DNA from: an uncultured Thermoplasmata archaeon
GTDB lineage: Archaea; Thermoplasmatota; Thermoplasmata; Halarchaeoplasmatales; Halarchaeoplasmataceae
Assembly (NCBI GenBank): GCA_964394465.1
Contig: CAYMXS010000007.1
Location: forward strand, 7,086-71,085
DNA length: 64,000 nucleotides
Reading direction: 5' to 3'
Below the pieces are notes generated by a model. The model was given only the letters and a program-made list of their open reading frames with translations. It was not told the DNA's origin and ran no database searches. The translations under genes were made by a program, and so were the position numbers. The first letter of the stretch is position 1, and each line of letters opens with the position of its first letter. Positions 1 through 9,046 of the stretch are shown piece after piece.

Positions 1-672
1 AACGGAAAGATTGTGAACAACACCATCCTCAATAACCAGGGTAATGGTGCTTTTCTAAAAGCTTGCGATCATATCACCCTAGCAGCGAACAATATCTCTT
101 CCAATAATCGCGAGGGTATCAAACTGGCAAAGTCAAATATGAATAGAATTAAAGATAACTTTATATCATCTAATTATAACCCAATTACCCAAGTTAAAAC
201 TGCAGCCAGTATAAGCCTTAAGTCTTCCAATTACAACAAATTTATTGGTAATATTATTTTAGAAAGCGGCGTCGGTTTAAGAATTAAGAGTTCTAATAAT
301 AATAGTGTGAAAAAAAATATAATATCCAATAATTCTATGATCGGAATGGAAATCCGGTCATCTGGAGGTAATGAAATCTTCAAGAATAAAGTCTCGTTTA
401 ATGATGGATTCGGGATTGAAGTACAAAATTCAGCAAACAATAGGATAGAGGATAATGATGTTTCTAATAACGAGATTTGTGGTATATACATAAAAGGGAC
501 TAGTAGATCCAATATAATAAAGAATAACATTGGCTCTGTTTATTCCGACGTTGTTAGAGATGATTTTGATCTTTGGATAAAAATCTTCGTAGCTATTTCA
601 GTCCCAGGGGGCTTGGCAGTAGGCTATTTCGGATTGATGGACTGGTACCAGGAAAGATCTGATAAAGATTGA
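1..672 (+). CDS. Right-handed parallel beta-helix (PbH1) repeat protein, NosD-like or surface-protein type, with a C-terminal hydrophobic anchor. The gene is truncated at its start because the frame is open from base 1.
   Basis: Repeated N-rich ~22-aa beta-helix repeats (IEDNDVSNNEICGIYIKG, NIISNNSMIGMEIRSSGGNEIFKN). C-terminal TM segment IKIFVAISVPGGLAVGYFGLM. No stop codon upstream of position 13 in frame. AT-rich codon usage. Confidence 0.5.
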   Translation, partial: NGKIVNNTILNNQGNGAFLKACDHITLAANNISSNNREGIKLAKSNMNRIKDNFISSNYNPITQVKTAASISLKSSNYNKFIGNIILESGVGLRIKSSNNNSVKKNIISNNSMIGMEIRSSGGNEIFKNKVSFNDGFGIEVQNSANNRIEDNDVSNNEICGIYIKGTSRSNIIKNNIGSVYSDVVRDDFDLWIKIFVAISVPGGLAVGYFGLMDWYQERSDKD

Positions 673-676
673 ACCC

Positions 677-1495
677 CTAGGGATTATTCTCATTCGAAAG
701 GTTCTTTATCTTTTCTAATGTATTCTTCCTCTGCCTAATCGAGATAGTAGTGGCGATAAAACCGAGTCCTAAAGCTGTAGGGAACACTACGGGGAGAGAT
801 CGCCGAACTCCATTCTTAGGTTTTACCACTTGAATAGGTACGCCATTAAAAGGGAGCCAGTAGTCTCCTTCGAGAGGTTTAACCAACATCACTAGACTCC
901 ACCTACCATATCTTTTTATCGAGACTCTCAAGGACGTATGCTCAACTTCTTGCCTTGACCTTACTTTGAATCCTTCACCTTTCAACTCATATACTGATTC
1001 TGTTTTTTCATCTAGGTTAGTATACCAATAATGAATATATTGAACCGGCTTTCTTATCCTATTTCCTTGATGCACTGGTAAACTCGGCTCTTCATAGCCT
1101 AAATTCTCTTGAGCATATTTAAGTTGCTTTGGCATCCATTGTTTCCCTATCACCAAAAATTTACACTTGAAAGGAACAAAATAATCTTTTTCCGATGTGC
1201 ATTTATATCTATAGGATATGTTCACAATTTTAATCTCATATCGATGCATAACTAACCTCCGTGGCTCTGAAAAATTACTAGTGTATGGACTGGGCTTGTA
1301 CTTCCGCATATATGCAACTTTTCCATATAATGTACTGTTATACTCTAAATCAGAAAGATAATCCTCTGCGTATTCATCACCGGGTTTTCCAAAAGTTTCT
1401 TCTCTTCCCTGGCCTTTAGCGTTGATCACCGTTAGATTGGATAACAGTAATATAAGCACCACGAAGATCGCAGACAAAGCCACTTTTCTCATCAT
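677..1495 (-). CDS. Secreted or membrane-anchored hypothetical protein with an N-terminal signal peptide.
   Basis: The ORF track gives 677..1540. Start was re-placed at MMRKVALSAIFVVLILLLSNLTVINA, which gives a 4-bp ATGA overlap with the stop of the upstream permease gene. No recognisable domain. Confidence 0.4.
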   Translation of the reverse strand: MMRKVALSAIFVVLILLLSNLTVINAKGQGREETFGKPGDEYAEDYLSDLEYNSTLYGKVAYMRKYKPSPYTSNFSEPRRLVMHRYEIKIVNISYRYKCTSEKDYFVPFKCKFLVIGKQWMPKQLKYAQENLGYEEPSLPVHQGNRIRKPVQYIHYWYTNLDEKTESVYELKGEGFKVRSRQEVEHTSLRVSIKRYGRWSLVMLVKPLEGDYWLPFNGVPIQVVKPKNGVRRSLPVVFPTALGLGFIATTISIRQRKNTLEKIKNLSNENNP

Positions 1496-2259
1496 AATTT
1501 CACCCTTTTGAATATGAACAAAGAAGCGAGAGAAGCCCATCCAACACTGAATATCGGGACCACAAATATGGACATCTTCACCACACCGAAAGTACCTACT
1601 AAATAATTCATGACACTAAGTGATAGATAAGGCAGAACCAAGAATTTTAGAAATAATCCTAAGTTGATCTTGAAAGTCCCGGTCATTATCTCCATCAGCG
1701 GGAATGAGAGAATCACATAGACGGCTGTGAACAACATACCTGAGAGCGTCCTTTTAGATAGCATACCTATACATGCGGTCAGAAAGAAGACATATAGACT
1801 GGATATGAATCCTAGAAATGCATATCTAGCCATCCATCCAGCTATCAAGCCCGACAGTGAACCCCAGTAGCTCGCCGAGAAAAAGAACTGCAGGAACGAT
1901 AAAAACGCCAGCATGGCCAGTATGAAAAGACCAGCCGTCGCCTTCCCCAGGAACAAGACATCTCTGCTGTTAGGTGTCAGAAGGAAAGATGAGCCGGTTT
2001 TTTCCTCCAGTTCCTTTGTAAAGAATTTATTTCCTAAGTAGCCCCCATATATGGTCCAGAGTGGGATATTAAAATATATGCTCCTGAACATGGTCTTTTG
2101 TATATTTATTCTCTTTCCGAACAGGCCCGTGGAGTCATACAGGACAAAATTCAGTATGAATGTGACGATCACGACTATCGGCAGTGAATAGTCCAAAAAT
2201 GTCCTTTTGATCGAATGATGGGCGATCTTATATACAGTCTTTAATTTCTCTAGATTCAT
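1492..2259 (-). CDS. ABC-2 family transporter permease (NosY-like), about 6 TM segments.
   Basis: Polytopic hydrophobic 255-aa protein. Translationally coupled to the downstream ABC ATPase with a 4-bp overlap. Confidence 0.6.
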   Translation of the reverse strand: MNLEKLKTVYKIAHHSIKRTFLDYSLPIVVIVTFILNFVLYDSTGLFGKRINIQKTMFRSIYFNIPLWTIYGGYLGNKFFTKELEEKTGSSFLLTPNSRDVLFLGKATAGLFILAMLAFLSFLQFFFSASYWGSLSGLIAGWMARYAFLGFISSLYVFFLTACIGMLSKRTLSGMLFTAVYVILSFPLMEIMTGTFKINLGLFLKFLVLPYLSLSVMNYLVGTFGVVKMSIFVVPIFSVGWASLASLFIFKRVKL

Positions 2260-3179
2260 TTGAACACGCTCCTATACATCGAATCTAGAGAACCCTGCTT
2301 CAGGGAAAAATCGATATCCTTTTCTATCATCCACCTCAACACTTTCTTATCAAGGCCCTCTTTGTCAAGACCTTTCACTACTACCGTAGTACCGTTCTGC
2401 TCCACATCCATTACTATCTCGATATCCTCTTTTATTTCAAGCACTTTAGATATGTCTTTCTCATCGACCTTGAAGACGAATTCCTTCGTAGATTTTCTAG
2501 AGTCCGAGACATTCTCAGGAGGCCCATAGTCTATTATCTCTCCATCCCTGACCAGTACAACCCAGTCACATATCTGGTCTATGTCGTTCAGTTGATGAGA
2601 CGAAATCAAAAAAGACCTATCCTCTTCTATTATGTCCTGGATTATATCCAATATCTTCTTCTTTATGAGAGGATCCAATCCAGACAGAGGTTCATCATAT
2701 ATCAGTAAACTGGGCTCGTGAAGCAGTGTTCTCGCAACGCCCAACCTTCTTTTCATCCCATGTGAATAGGACTTGACTAGGTCGTCTTTTCTTTCCGCTA
2801 GCCCAACGAGTTCAAGTTTTTCGTTGACTACTTCTTTACCATCCTTGATATGGTCCAAGTCGGCAAAATACTTAAGATATTCCTCCCCCGTCAACCTGGT
2901 ATAGAAGCCGTCCTCTTCCGGCAGATATCCTATCTCTTTCTTTTTCATACCCTCCGAAACGCCCATCACTTCTATATGACCCTCGTAGCTCAAAAACCCA
3001 GTCATGCACTTTACTAGAGTCGTTTTTCCTGCCCCGTTGGGGCCGACTAGACCGGCCACTTTCCCCTTCGGAACCACGAAACTGGCTTTGTTCAGGGCCT
3101 GTATCTTTCCATAGGATTTGGATACATCTTCGATGTCTAAGACCTTAGATGAGACCATTAACAACACTCTCTTTTTCAA
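2256..3179 (-). CDS. ABC transporter ATP-binding protein (ABC-2, NosF/CcmA-like).
   Basis: Walker A GPNGAGKTT, ABC signature LSGLD..., Walker B LLIYDEP. Start may be the internal Met (MVSSKVLDIEDV). Confidence 0.8.
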   Translation of the reverse strand: MKKRVLLMVSSKVLDIEDVSKSYGKIQALNKASFVVPKGKVAGLVGPNGAGKTTLVKCMTGFLSYEGHIEVMGVSEGMKKKEIGYLPEEDGFYTRLTGEEYLKYFADLDHIKDGKEVVNEKLELVGLAERKDDLVKSYSHGMKRRLGVARTLLHEPSLLIYDEPLSGLDPLIKKKILDIIQDIIEEDRSFLISSHQLNDIDQICDWVVLVRDGEIIDYGPPENVSDSRKSTKEFVFKVDEKDISKVLEIKEDIEIVMDVEQNGTTVVVKGLDKEGLDKKVLRWMIEKDIDFSLKQGSLDSMYRSVFK

Positions 3180-3318
3180 CCAGCCTCTAAGGTTGCGTCG
3201 GATAGATATTATATTTTAATGCAAATTGCTATTTAAATTTTAATATTAGCTATATTTGTATGTAGCCTGCACGTTCATAACAAACTTTTAATTCTTTAGT
3301 GACCGTATCTTTCCATAG

Positions 3319-4464
3319 ATGCCAAACCTCCAAAAACTGCCCAAATGGATAGCTCTAAGCAGCATAGTTGTCAACCTGGTCATATTCGGCATTAAAGCAG
3401 TTTTGGCCCTGAATATAGACAGTCTAGCTTTACTGTCCGATTCAATACATACCCTTTCAGACAGCGCCAGCAGTGTCGCTGTTTACATCGGCCTGAAGAT
3501 CTCGGAAAGACCTCCCGACAAGGGCCATCCCTTCGGACACGGTAGGGCGGAACAGGTTGCACTTCTAGCCGTTGGTCTACTCCTAGCTGTAGCGGCTCTA
3601 AAATTCCTTACCGATGGAATCCTCTCACTTTTCACGGGAACTCGAACGATCCAGGCGAATCTTTTCACCTACGTTCTGATACTTATAACGGCGGTCATGA
3701 AGGAAGCCATGGGCGAGGCCAGCTATCTCGTCGGCAAGAAGACAGAGCTGGATTCGTTGAAGGCCGACGCGTGGCATCATAGAAGTGATGCGATCACTAC
3801 CGTGCTAGTCGTTCTATCGATCTACGGCAGTCAGAGCGGCTACGCTTTTTTAGATCCTCTGGCCGGGATAGCCATAGCCCTCTTACTCGGTTACATAGGT
3901 ATCTCGTACACGAAGAAGGCCACCAACAGGCTGCTCGGGACGGCACCGCCAGAGAGTCTGATAAGCGGTATTGAAAAGATAGCAGATAGATTCGATAGAG
4001 TGAGGGACGTCCACGATATCAAGGTCCACGATTACGGTAAGAAGAAGGCCATATCCCTACACATGAACATGGATTCTGGTACCGTAAGAGCGGCACATGA
4101 AGTCTCTCATCGACTGCAGGAGGTACTGGAAAAGAAATTCAACGCCAACGTCGAGATCCATCTGGACCCGTGGTCGCCCCCGGACGGTGAGATCGAAGGT
4201 GTCATAGACGAGATAGCAGAGTCCTACGACGAGATACAGGAAGTCCATAAGATCCGTTTCACCGACGGGAAGAAAAGGCCGCTGATCTCCATGCACGTCC
4301 TGGTTCCGGGGGAAGAGTCCATCGAGAGGGCCCACGAGGTGGGTACAAGGTTCGAGAGGAGGATAAAGGAAAGACTGGACGAACGATTGGATACAGATAC
4401 GGATATACAGGTGCACATCGAGCCCTACGAAGAGGAGAAGGAACTCAACAGAGATAAAGATTAG
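3319..4464 (+). CDS. Cation diffusion facilitator (CDF) family metal efflux transporter.
   Basis: Six-TM N-terminal region with HTLSDSASS, HGRAEQ and AWHHRSDAIT motifs typical of CzcD/FieF, plus an acidic C-terminal cytoplasmic domain. Confidence 0.8.
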   Translation: MPNLQKLPKWIALSSIVVNLVIFGIKAVLALNIDSLALLSDSIHTLSDSASSVAVYIGLKISERPPDKGHPFGHGRAEQVALLAVGLLLAVAALKFLTDGILSLFTGTRTIQANLFTYVLILITAVMKEAMGEASYLVGKKTELDSLKADAWHHRSDAITTVLVVLSIYGSQSGYAFLDPLAGIAIALLLGYIGISYTKKATNRLLGTAPPESLISGIEKIADRFDRVRDVHDIKVHDYGKKKAISLHMNMDSGTVRAAHEVSHRLQEVLEKKFNANVEIHLDPWSPPDGEIEGVIDEIAESYDEIQEVHKIRFTDGKKRPLISMHVLVPGEESIERAHEVGTRFERRIKERLDERLDTDTDIQVHIEPYEEEKELNRDKD

Positions 4465-4561
4465 ATAAATCGACCAGATATTGGACCCTTTTTAGATATG
4501 GGAAATGTTCTAATACCCCCTCTAAATTCGAGAGGTTGAAGCAGTATATTGGAGGTAAAAA

Positions 4562-5833
4562 ATGGCAAGAACTGACCTTTCAGATGAGCGTGAACTTACC
4601 GAGGAACAGAAACTTTTCAAGGAGAGCATAAATGATTGGGCAGAGAGGAACCTACCGTTAGACCGTGTCATCGAGATGAACAGAGAGGGGCACCCCTTCC
4701 CACAGGATATAGTCGAAGGGCTGGCCGACCTAGGTGTCATAATGGGGGCGGTACCAGAGGATCAAGGTGGGATGGGACTTTCATGGAGCGACCAGGCAGT
4801 CATAGCCGAGCAGATAGGTTACATAGACCCTAGCATAGCAACAGCGGCGGGATTCATGGCCGTTGAGACAGGCTGGGGATTCACCATCAACAGGCATGCC
4901 AACGAGGAGATACGTGAGAAGTACATCAAACCAGCGATGAGAGGAGACAAGTTCGTCGGGATAGCCACGACGGAACCCGGCGGTGGTTCTGATGTAGCCG
5001 GTCATGAATCGACTGGGGAAAAAGACGGAGACGAATGGATATTGAACGGTGAAAAGACGTTCATCAGCGGTATAGAAGAGTGCCAGGACATGGGTGGAGG
5101 ATACTGGGTCAACGTTAGAACAGGACCTCAAGTAGAAGGCGAACCCCACAAAAACATGACCTCTTTCTTCGTACCCATAGACTCCGACGGTCTGGAGCCC
5201 CAGGAACCGTACGACGACGCGGGCAGAGGCTCGCTTTCAACCTCCGGATTCCGGATGGAAGACGTCAGAGTTCCTGAAGAATACATGCTAGGTGAAGAAG
5301 GAAAAGGATTCTATTACACCATGGAAGGGTTCGACAACGCGAGGGTCATGATCGGAGCCAGTGCGGTCGGAGTTACCAGAAGGATACTTGAGGAAGCTGC
5401 GGATTACATAAAGGAGAGAGAGACCTTTGGAAATCCCCTAGCTAAGTACGAAGGCATCCAGTTCCCCTTCGTTGAGAGGTACACTGAGATGGAAGCCAGC
5501 GACCTGATGGTGAAGAAGGTCGCGAAGATGCAGGACAAACGATACGACGAAGCGGGCTGGGGCGAGAAGACTGGAAAACCGAAGACGTACAGCCCAACGG
5601 AGATAGCGAAGTGGATTTCCATGATAAAGTACAAAGTGCCGCATCTCGCCAAAGATACAGCGGATGATGCGATGCACTGGTTGGGCGCCGCGGGCTACAG
5701 CTCCGAGTACATATTTGAAACCGCTTGGAGAGGCGTCATGTCTTACTGCGTCGGTGCAGAAGGCGGGGCCAACATCCAGAAGATCGTCATCGGAAGAGAG
5801 ACCCTCGGAAAGGACTACATCCCGTACAAATAA
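4562..5833 (+). CDS. Acyl-CoA dehydrogenase.
   Basis: 423 aa with ACAD-family motifs (GIATTEPGGGSDVAG, ETFGNPLAKYEGIQF). GGAGG Shine-Dalgarno-like sequence 8 nt upstream. Confidence 0.8.
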   Translation: MARTDLSDERELTEEQKLFKESINDWAERNLPLDRVIEMNREGHPFPQDIVEGLADLGVIMGAVPEDQGGMGLSWSDQAVIAEQIGYIDPSIATAAGFMAVETGWGFTINRHANEEIREKYIKPAMRGDKFVGIATTEPGGGSDVAGHESTGEKDGDEWILNGEKTFISGIEECQDMGGGYWVNVRTGPQVEGEPHKNMTSFFVPIDSDGLEPQEPYDDAGRGSLSTSGFRMEDVRVPEEYMLGEEGKGFYYTMEGFDNARVMIGASAVGVTRRILEEAADYIKERETFGNPLAKYEGIQFPFVERYTEMEASDLMVKKVAKMQDKRYDEAGWGEKTGKPKTYSPTEIAKWISMIKYKVPHLAKDTADDAMHWLGAAGYSSEYIFETAWRGVMSYCVGAEGGANIQKIVIGRETLGKDYIPYK

Positions 5834-5859
5834 TCAAAAGGAACGTAAAAGGAAGTGAG

Positions 5860-6672
5860 ATGTTGCGGTTCTTCGTGTTGGTAAAGCAGGTCCCGGACAC
5901 GACGGAAGTAGAAGTGGACGAGGAAACAGGTACCATAATCAGAGAAGGAGTACCTTCAGTTCTGAACGCCTTCGACGAGTTCGCCCTGAACCTGGCGGTC
6001 GAGTGGAAAGAAGAGATGGACGAGGACGTCGAGATAATCGCTGTGACCATGGGCCCGCCCCAGGCCGAGGAAGATCTCAACAAGTGCCTGGCTATCGGGG
6101 CTGACAAAGGCATACTTCTCACCGATCGAGTCTTCGCCGGAGCCGATACCTGGGCCACGGCTCAGACCCTTGGAAAGGCCATAAAGAAGCTGGGTAAACC
6201 GGATCTGATCTTCGCGGGTCAGGAAGCCTCCGACGGTAACACCGCCCAGGTCGGTCCGGAAGTAGCAGCCCACCTGGGCATACCCCAGGTCACGTTCGTT
6301 GCGGACATAGAAGAGATAGAGAAGAAGTCCAACGGCAAAGGGAGCATCGTCTGCAAGAAGGAGACCGACGAGGGTCATGTAAAGATGAAATCCACCACCC
6401 CCGCTTTGTTGGCGTGCATGCCCAAGCCCGGTTTTGAACCTAAAATTCCAAACGTGAGGGAGATTATGAAGGCTAAAAAGAAGCCCACGGAGGAGTGGAC
6501 ACATGAGGAACTCGGCGGCGATCCCGATGAATACGGTCTAGAGGGCTCGGAGAGCGTCGTCATGGAGACCTATTCGCCTCCGGCCAAGGGCGAAGGCATC
6601 AAGATAGAGGAGGAACCGGAAGTGGCCGTACAGAAACTGCTCGATTACATGGAGGACGAGGGGATAATATGA
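5860..6672 (+). CDS. etfB: Electron transfer flavoprotein beta subunit.
   Basis: Start re-placed at MLRFFVLVKQVPDT; the ORF-track 5' extension overlaps the acd gene end. ETF-beta motifs and a 4-bp overlap with etfA. Confidence 0.8.
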   Translation: MLRFFVLVKQVPDTTEVEVDEETGTIIREGVPSVLNAFDEFALNLAVEWKEEMDEDVEIIAVTMGPPQAEEDLNKCLAIGADKGILLTDRVFAGADTWATAQTLGKAIKKLGKPDLIFAGQEASDGNTAQVGPEVAAHLGIPQVTFVADIEEIEKKSNGKGSIVCKKETDEGHVKMKSTTPALLACMPKPGFEPKIPNVREIMKAKKKPTEEWTHEELGGDPDEYGLEGSESVVMETYSPPAKGEGIKIEEEPEVAVQKLLDYMEDEGII

Positions 6673-7865
6673 TCGAGATAGACGAGGAGAAGTGCACCGG
6701 CTGTGGCAAGTGTGTCAAGGTATGTCCAGAGGACGCTCTCTACATGGAAGACGGTGTTGCAAAACTGGACGAAGACCTGTGTATCTCATGCAGCGCCTGC
6801 GTCGGTGCCTGTCCAGTAGATGCGATAGAGCCGCTTTTAGAGGCCAAAGAGGCGGACTTTTCGGAATACTCCGGCGTTTGGGTCTTTGCGGAGCAGCACG
6901 AAGGTGAGCTGAAGCCCACGGGACCACAGTTGCTAGGAAAGGGAAGAGAACTGGCCGACGAACTGAACGAGGAGCTCTGCGCCGTGGTCCTGGGCGACGA
7001 GGTTGAACATCTGGCCGACGAGCTTGGTACCTACGGAGCGGAGAAGGTGTTCGTGGTTGAACACGAAGCTCTAGAGAACTACTCTACAGAGGCGTACACG
7101 ACCGCGCTCACCACCTTGATCTCGAGGCATAAGCCAGAGATCTTCATCTATGGTGCAACCCACCTTGGAAGGGACTTGGCTCCTTCGGTAGCCGGACACA
7201 TGGGCCTTGGACTGACGGCAGACTGCACCGGTCTTTCCATCGAAGAGGTTGAAGCCAACAAGGTTCTCTTACAAACGAGACCAGCCTTCGGCGGGAACGT
7301 CATGGCGGACATAATATGTCCCAATACCAGGCCGCAGATGGCCACCGTCAGGCCCCATGTTATGAAGCCAATGGAGCCCGAGCCAGAGAAAAAACCAGAG
7401 ATCGTGAAGGAAGACGTCAAGATAGACGAGTCATCCATAAGGACAGAGGTCTTAGAAGTGATGGAGCCGGAAGAGGAAGGCAAGATATCCGTCGAAGAAG
7501 CCGATATCGTAGTCTCCGGCGGTCGAGGCGTCGGCGAAGAAGAGAACTTCGAATTGTTGGAAAAACTGGCTAGGGTCCTCGGCGGTACCGTGGGATGCAG
7601 CAGGCCCATCGTGGAAGAGGACATAATGCCCAAATCACACCAAGTAGGCCAGAGCGGTAAGACCATATCTCCCAACCTGTACATGGTGTGTGGAGTCTCT
7701 GGAGCCATACAGCACAAAGTGGGCATCCGAGGTTCCAAGACGATCATAGCCGTGAACAACGACCCAGATGCACCGATCTTCGACATGGCCGATTTCGGTA
7801 TCGTCGGCGATCTACACGAGATCGTACCCCTGCTGACGGAGAAACTGAAAGAGATGGAAGACTAG
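6669..7865 (+). CDS. etfA: Electron transfer flavoprotein alpha subunit with an N-terminal 2x[4Fe-4S] ferredoxin domain (FixB-like fusion).
   Basis: Two CxxCxxCxxxCP clusters in the first 55 aa, followed by an ETF-alpha Rossmann region and an FAD-binding C-terminal region (VSGAIQHKVG). Confidence 0.8.
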   Translation: MIEIDEEKCTGCGKCVKVCPEDALYMEDGVAKLDEDLCISCSACVGACPVDAIEPLLEAKEADFSEYSGVWVFAEQHEGELKPTGPQLLGKGRELADELNEELCAVVLGDEVEHLADELGTYGAEKVFVVEHEALENYSTEAYTTALTTLISRHKPEIFIYGATHLGRDLAPSVAGHMGLGLTADCTGLSIEEVEANKVLLQTRPAFGGNVMADIICPNTRPQMATVRPHVMKPMEPEPEKKPEIVKEDVKIDESSIRTEVLEVMEPEEEGKISVEEADIVVSGGRGVGEEENFELLEKLARVLGGTVGCSRPIVEEDIMPKSHQVGQSGKTISPNLYMVCGVSGAIQHKVGIRGSKTIIAVNNDPDAPIFDMADFGIVGDLHEIVPLLTEKLKEMED

Positions 7866-7925
7866 GGAAAACAAAAACATTTCTCTTCTATTTTACTTTC
7901 TTACTTTGAAGTAAAAGTCAAAACA

Positions 7926-8026
7926 GGTTGGGGTGGGATTCGAATAGTCAGAAAAGATTTCTAACATTCTCATCCCTACCAAGCTTCTTTCGCTGGGCTC
8001 AAGAAGCTGGGGGTGGGATTCGAAGC
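7926..8026 (-). repeat. Two degenerate tandem copies of the 3' end of the adjacent tRNA-Cys (T-arm plus acceptor 3' strand, about 20 nt), at 7926-7945 and 8005-8026. Each sits in hairpin-rich sequence and neither folds into a complete tRNA.
   Basis: Sequence ggttggggtgggattcgaa at 7926 and agctgggggtgggattcgaagc at 8005, compared with gctgggggtgggattcgaacc at the true tRNA 3' end (8069). Copy spacing 80 and 63 bp. Confidence 0.5.
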
Positions 8027-8068
8027 GTCGGAATCAAAGATTCCAACTATCGACTCCCACAAAAGAAA

Positions 8069-8140
8069 GCTGGGGGTGGGATTCGAACCCACGGAAAACC
8101 GCTCTGCAGGCGGTCACATTAGCCACTCTGTCACCCCAGC
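8069..8140 (-). tRNA. tRNA-Cys (anticodon GCA), 72 nt, no encoded CCA.
   Basis: Hand fold on the minus strand: acceptor GCTGGGG/CCCCAGC, anticodon stem ACCGC/GCGGT with loop CTGCAGA, T-arm GTGGG-TTCGAAT-CCCAC. Confidence 0.8.
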
Positions 8141-8198
8141 AGGGGAAAAAGAAAAGAAAACATCAATGCTATAACTTTTATGGTCTCTGGTTTGGACT

Positions 8199-9041
8199 TC
8201 ACTCTCTCCTTTCGACCGCTGCCTCATACGTATTCTGGAGTAGTGAAAGCACCGTTGTAGGCCCCACGCCTCCAGGCACGGGCGTTATCTTCCTCACCTT
8301 CTCTTTCAATTCTTCGTATTCGGCATCGCCCACCAGTTCACCGTTGTCCAGCCTGTTCATCCCCACATCGATTATCACCGACTCTTCCTTAACCATCTCT
8401 TCCTTAAGCAGATGAGGTACTCCGGCTGCTGTTATAACGATCTCCGCCTCTTTTGTATGCTCTGATATATCATCGGTGAACTCATTAACGATGTCTACCG
8501 TTGCGTCCCTGTTCATCAGCATAACGGCCATGGGCTTGCCCACGACTATACTGTGGCTTACGACACAGACCTCTCTGCCCTTCAGTCCTATACCTTCGTG
8601 TTCCAGCATTGTTATGATGCCTTTCGGGGTGCACGGTGCCCTCCTCTCATCGCCCAAGATCAGGCTGCCCAGATTTATCGGATGAAGCCCTTCGACGTCC
8701 TTAACCGGCTCTATATCCCTTATAAGGTCGTGGGCGTCCATATCGCCCGGGAGTGGCATCTGGATGAGGATACCGTCCACGTGATCATCTTCGTTCAGTT
8801 CCTCCACTTTTTGCCGCAATTCTCCTTCGGTTACTTCCTCTGGATAACGATGGGTCTCCGTCTCTATACCGACTCTTTTACATCCTCTGTTCTTCACGCC
8901 CAGATATACTTTTGAGCCCTCGTCTTCACCGGCGAAGATCGTGTGCAGTACTGGAGGTCTGTTTAAACGCTCTATCTTTTCCTTCAGGACCGCCTCTCCC
9001 TCGTCGGCTATCTTCCTTCCGTCTATCACTTCTTCATCCAT
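8199..9041 (-). CDS. folD: Bifunctional methylene-THF dehydrogenase/methenyl-THF cyclohydrolase.
   Basis: 280 aa. Motifs PGGVGPMT-like (VPGGVGPTTV) and a GRSxxVG-like NAD(P) site (VVSHSIVVGKPMA). Confidence 0.8.
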   Translation of the reverse strand: MDEEVIDGRKIADEGEAVLKEKIERLNRPPVLHTIFAGEDEGSKVYLGVKNRGCKRVGIETETHRYPEEVTEGELRQKVEELNEDDHVDGILIQMPLPGDMDAHDLIRDIEPVKDVEGLHPINLGSLILGDERRAPCTPKGIITMLEHEGIGLKGREVCVVSHSIVVGKPMAVMLMNRDATVDIVNEFTDDISEHTKEAEIVITAAGVPHLLKEEMVKEESVIIDVGMNRLDNGELVGDAEYEELKEKVRKITPVPGGVGPTTVLSLLQNTYEAAVERRE

Positions 9042-9046
9042 CTAGA

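Noticed and set aside
677-1540. Longer 287-aa reading of the secreted-protein gene starting at 1540.
   Set aside because: It would overlap the upstream permease gene by 49 bp. The internal Met at 1495 gives a classic ATGA overlap and begins a bona fide signal peptide.
5725-5859. 5' extension of etfB (MERRHVLLRRCRRRG...).
   Set aside because: It is an Arg-rich out-of-frame read-through of the acd 3' end. The EtfB homology starts at MLRFFVLVKQ (5860).
7926-8140. Possible CRISPR array: three copies of a ~20-nt repeat with 40-60-nt spacers.
   Set aside because: Only three copies with unequal spacing. The terminal copy is an intact tRNA-Cys and the other two are its 3'-end fragments. There are no cas genes in the window. 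It is better explained as tRNA-fragment duplication.
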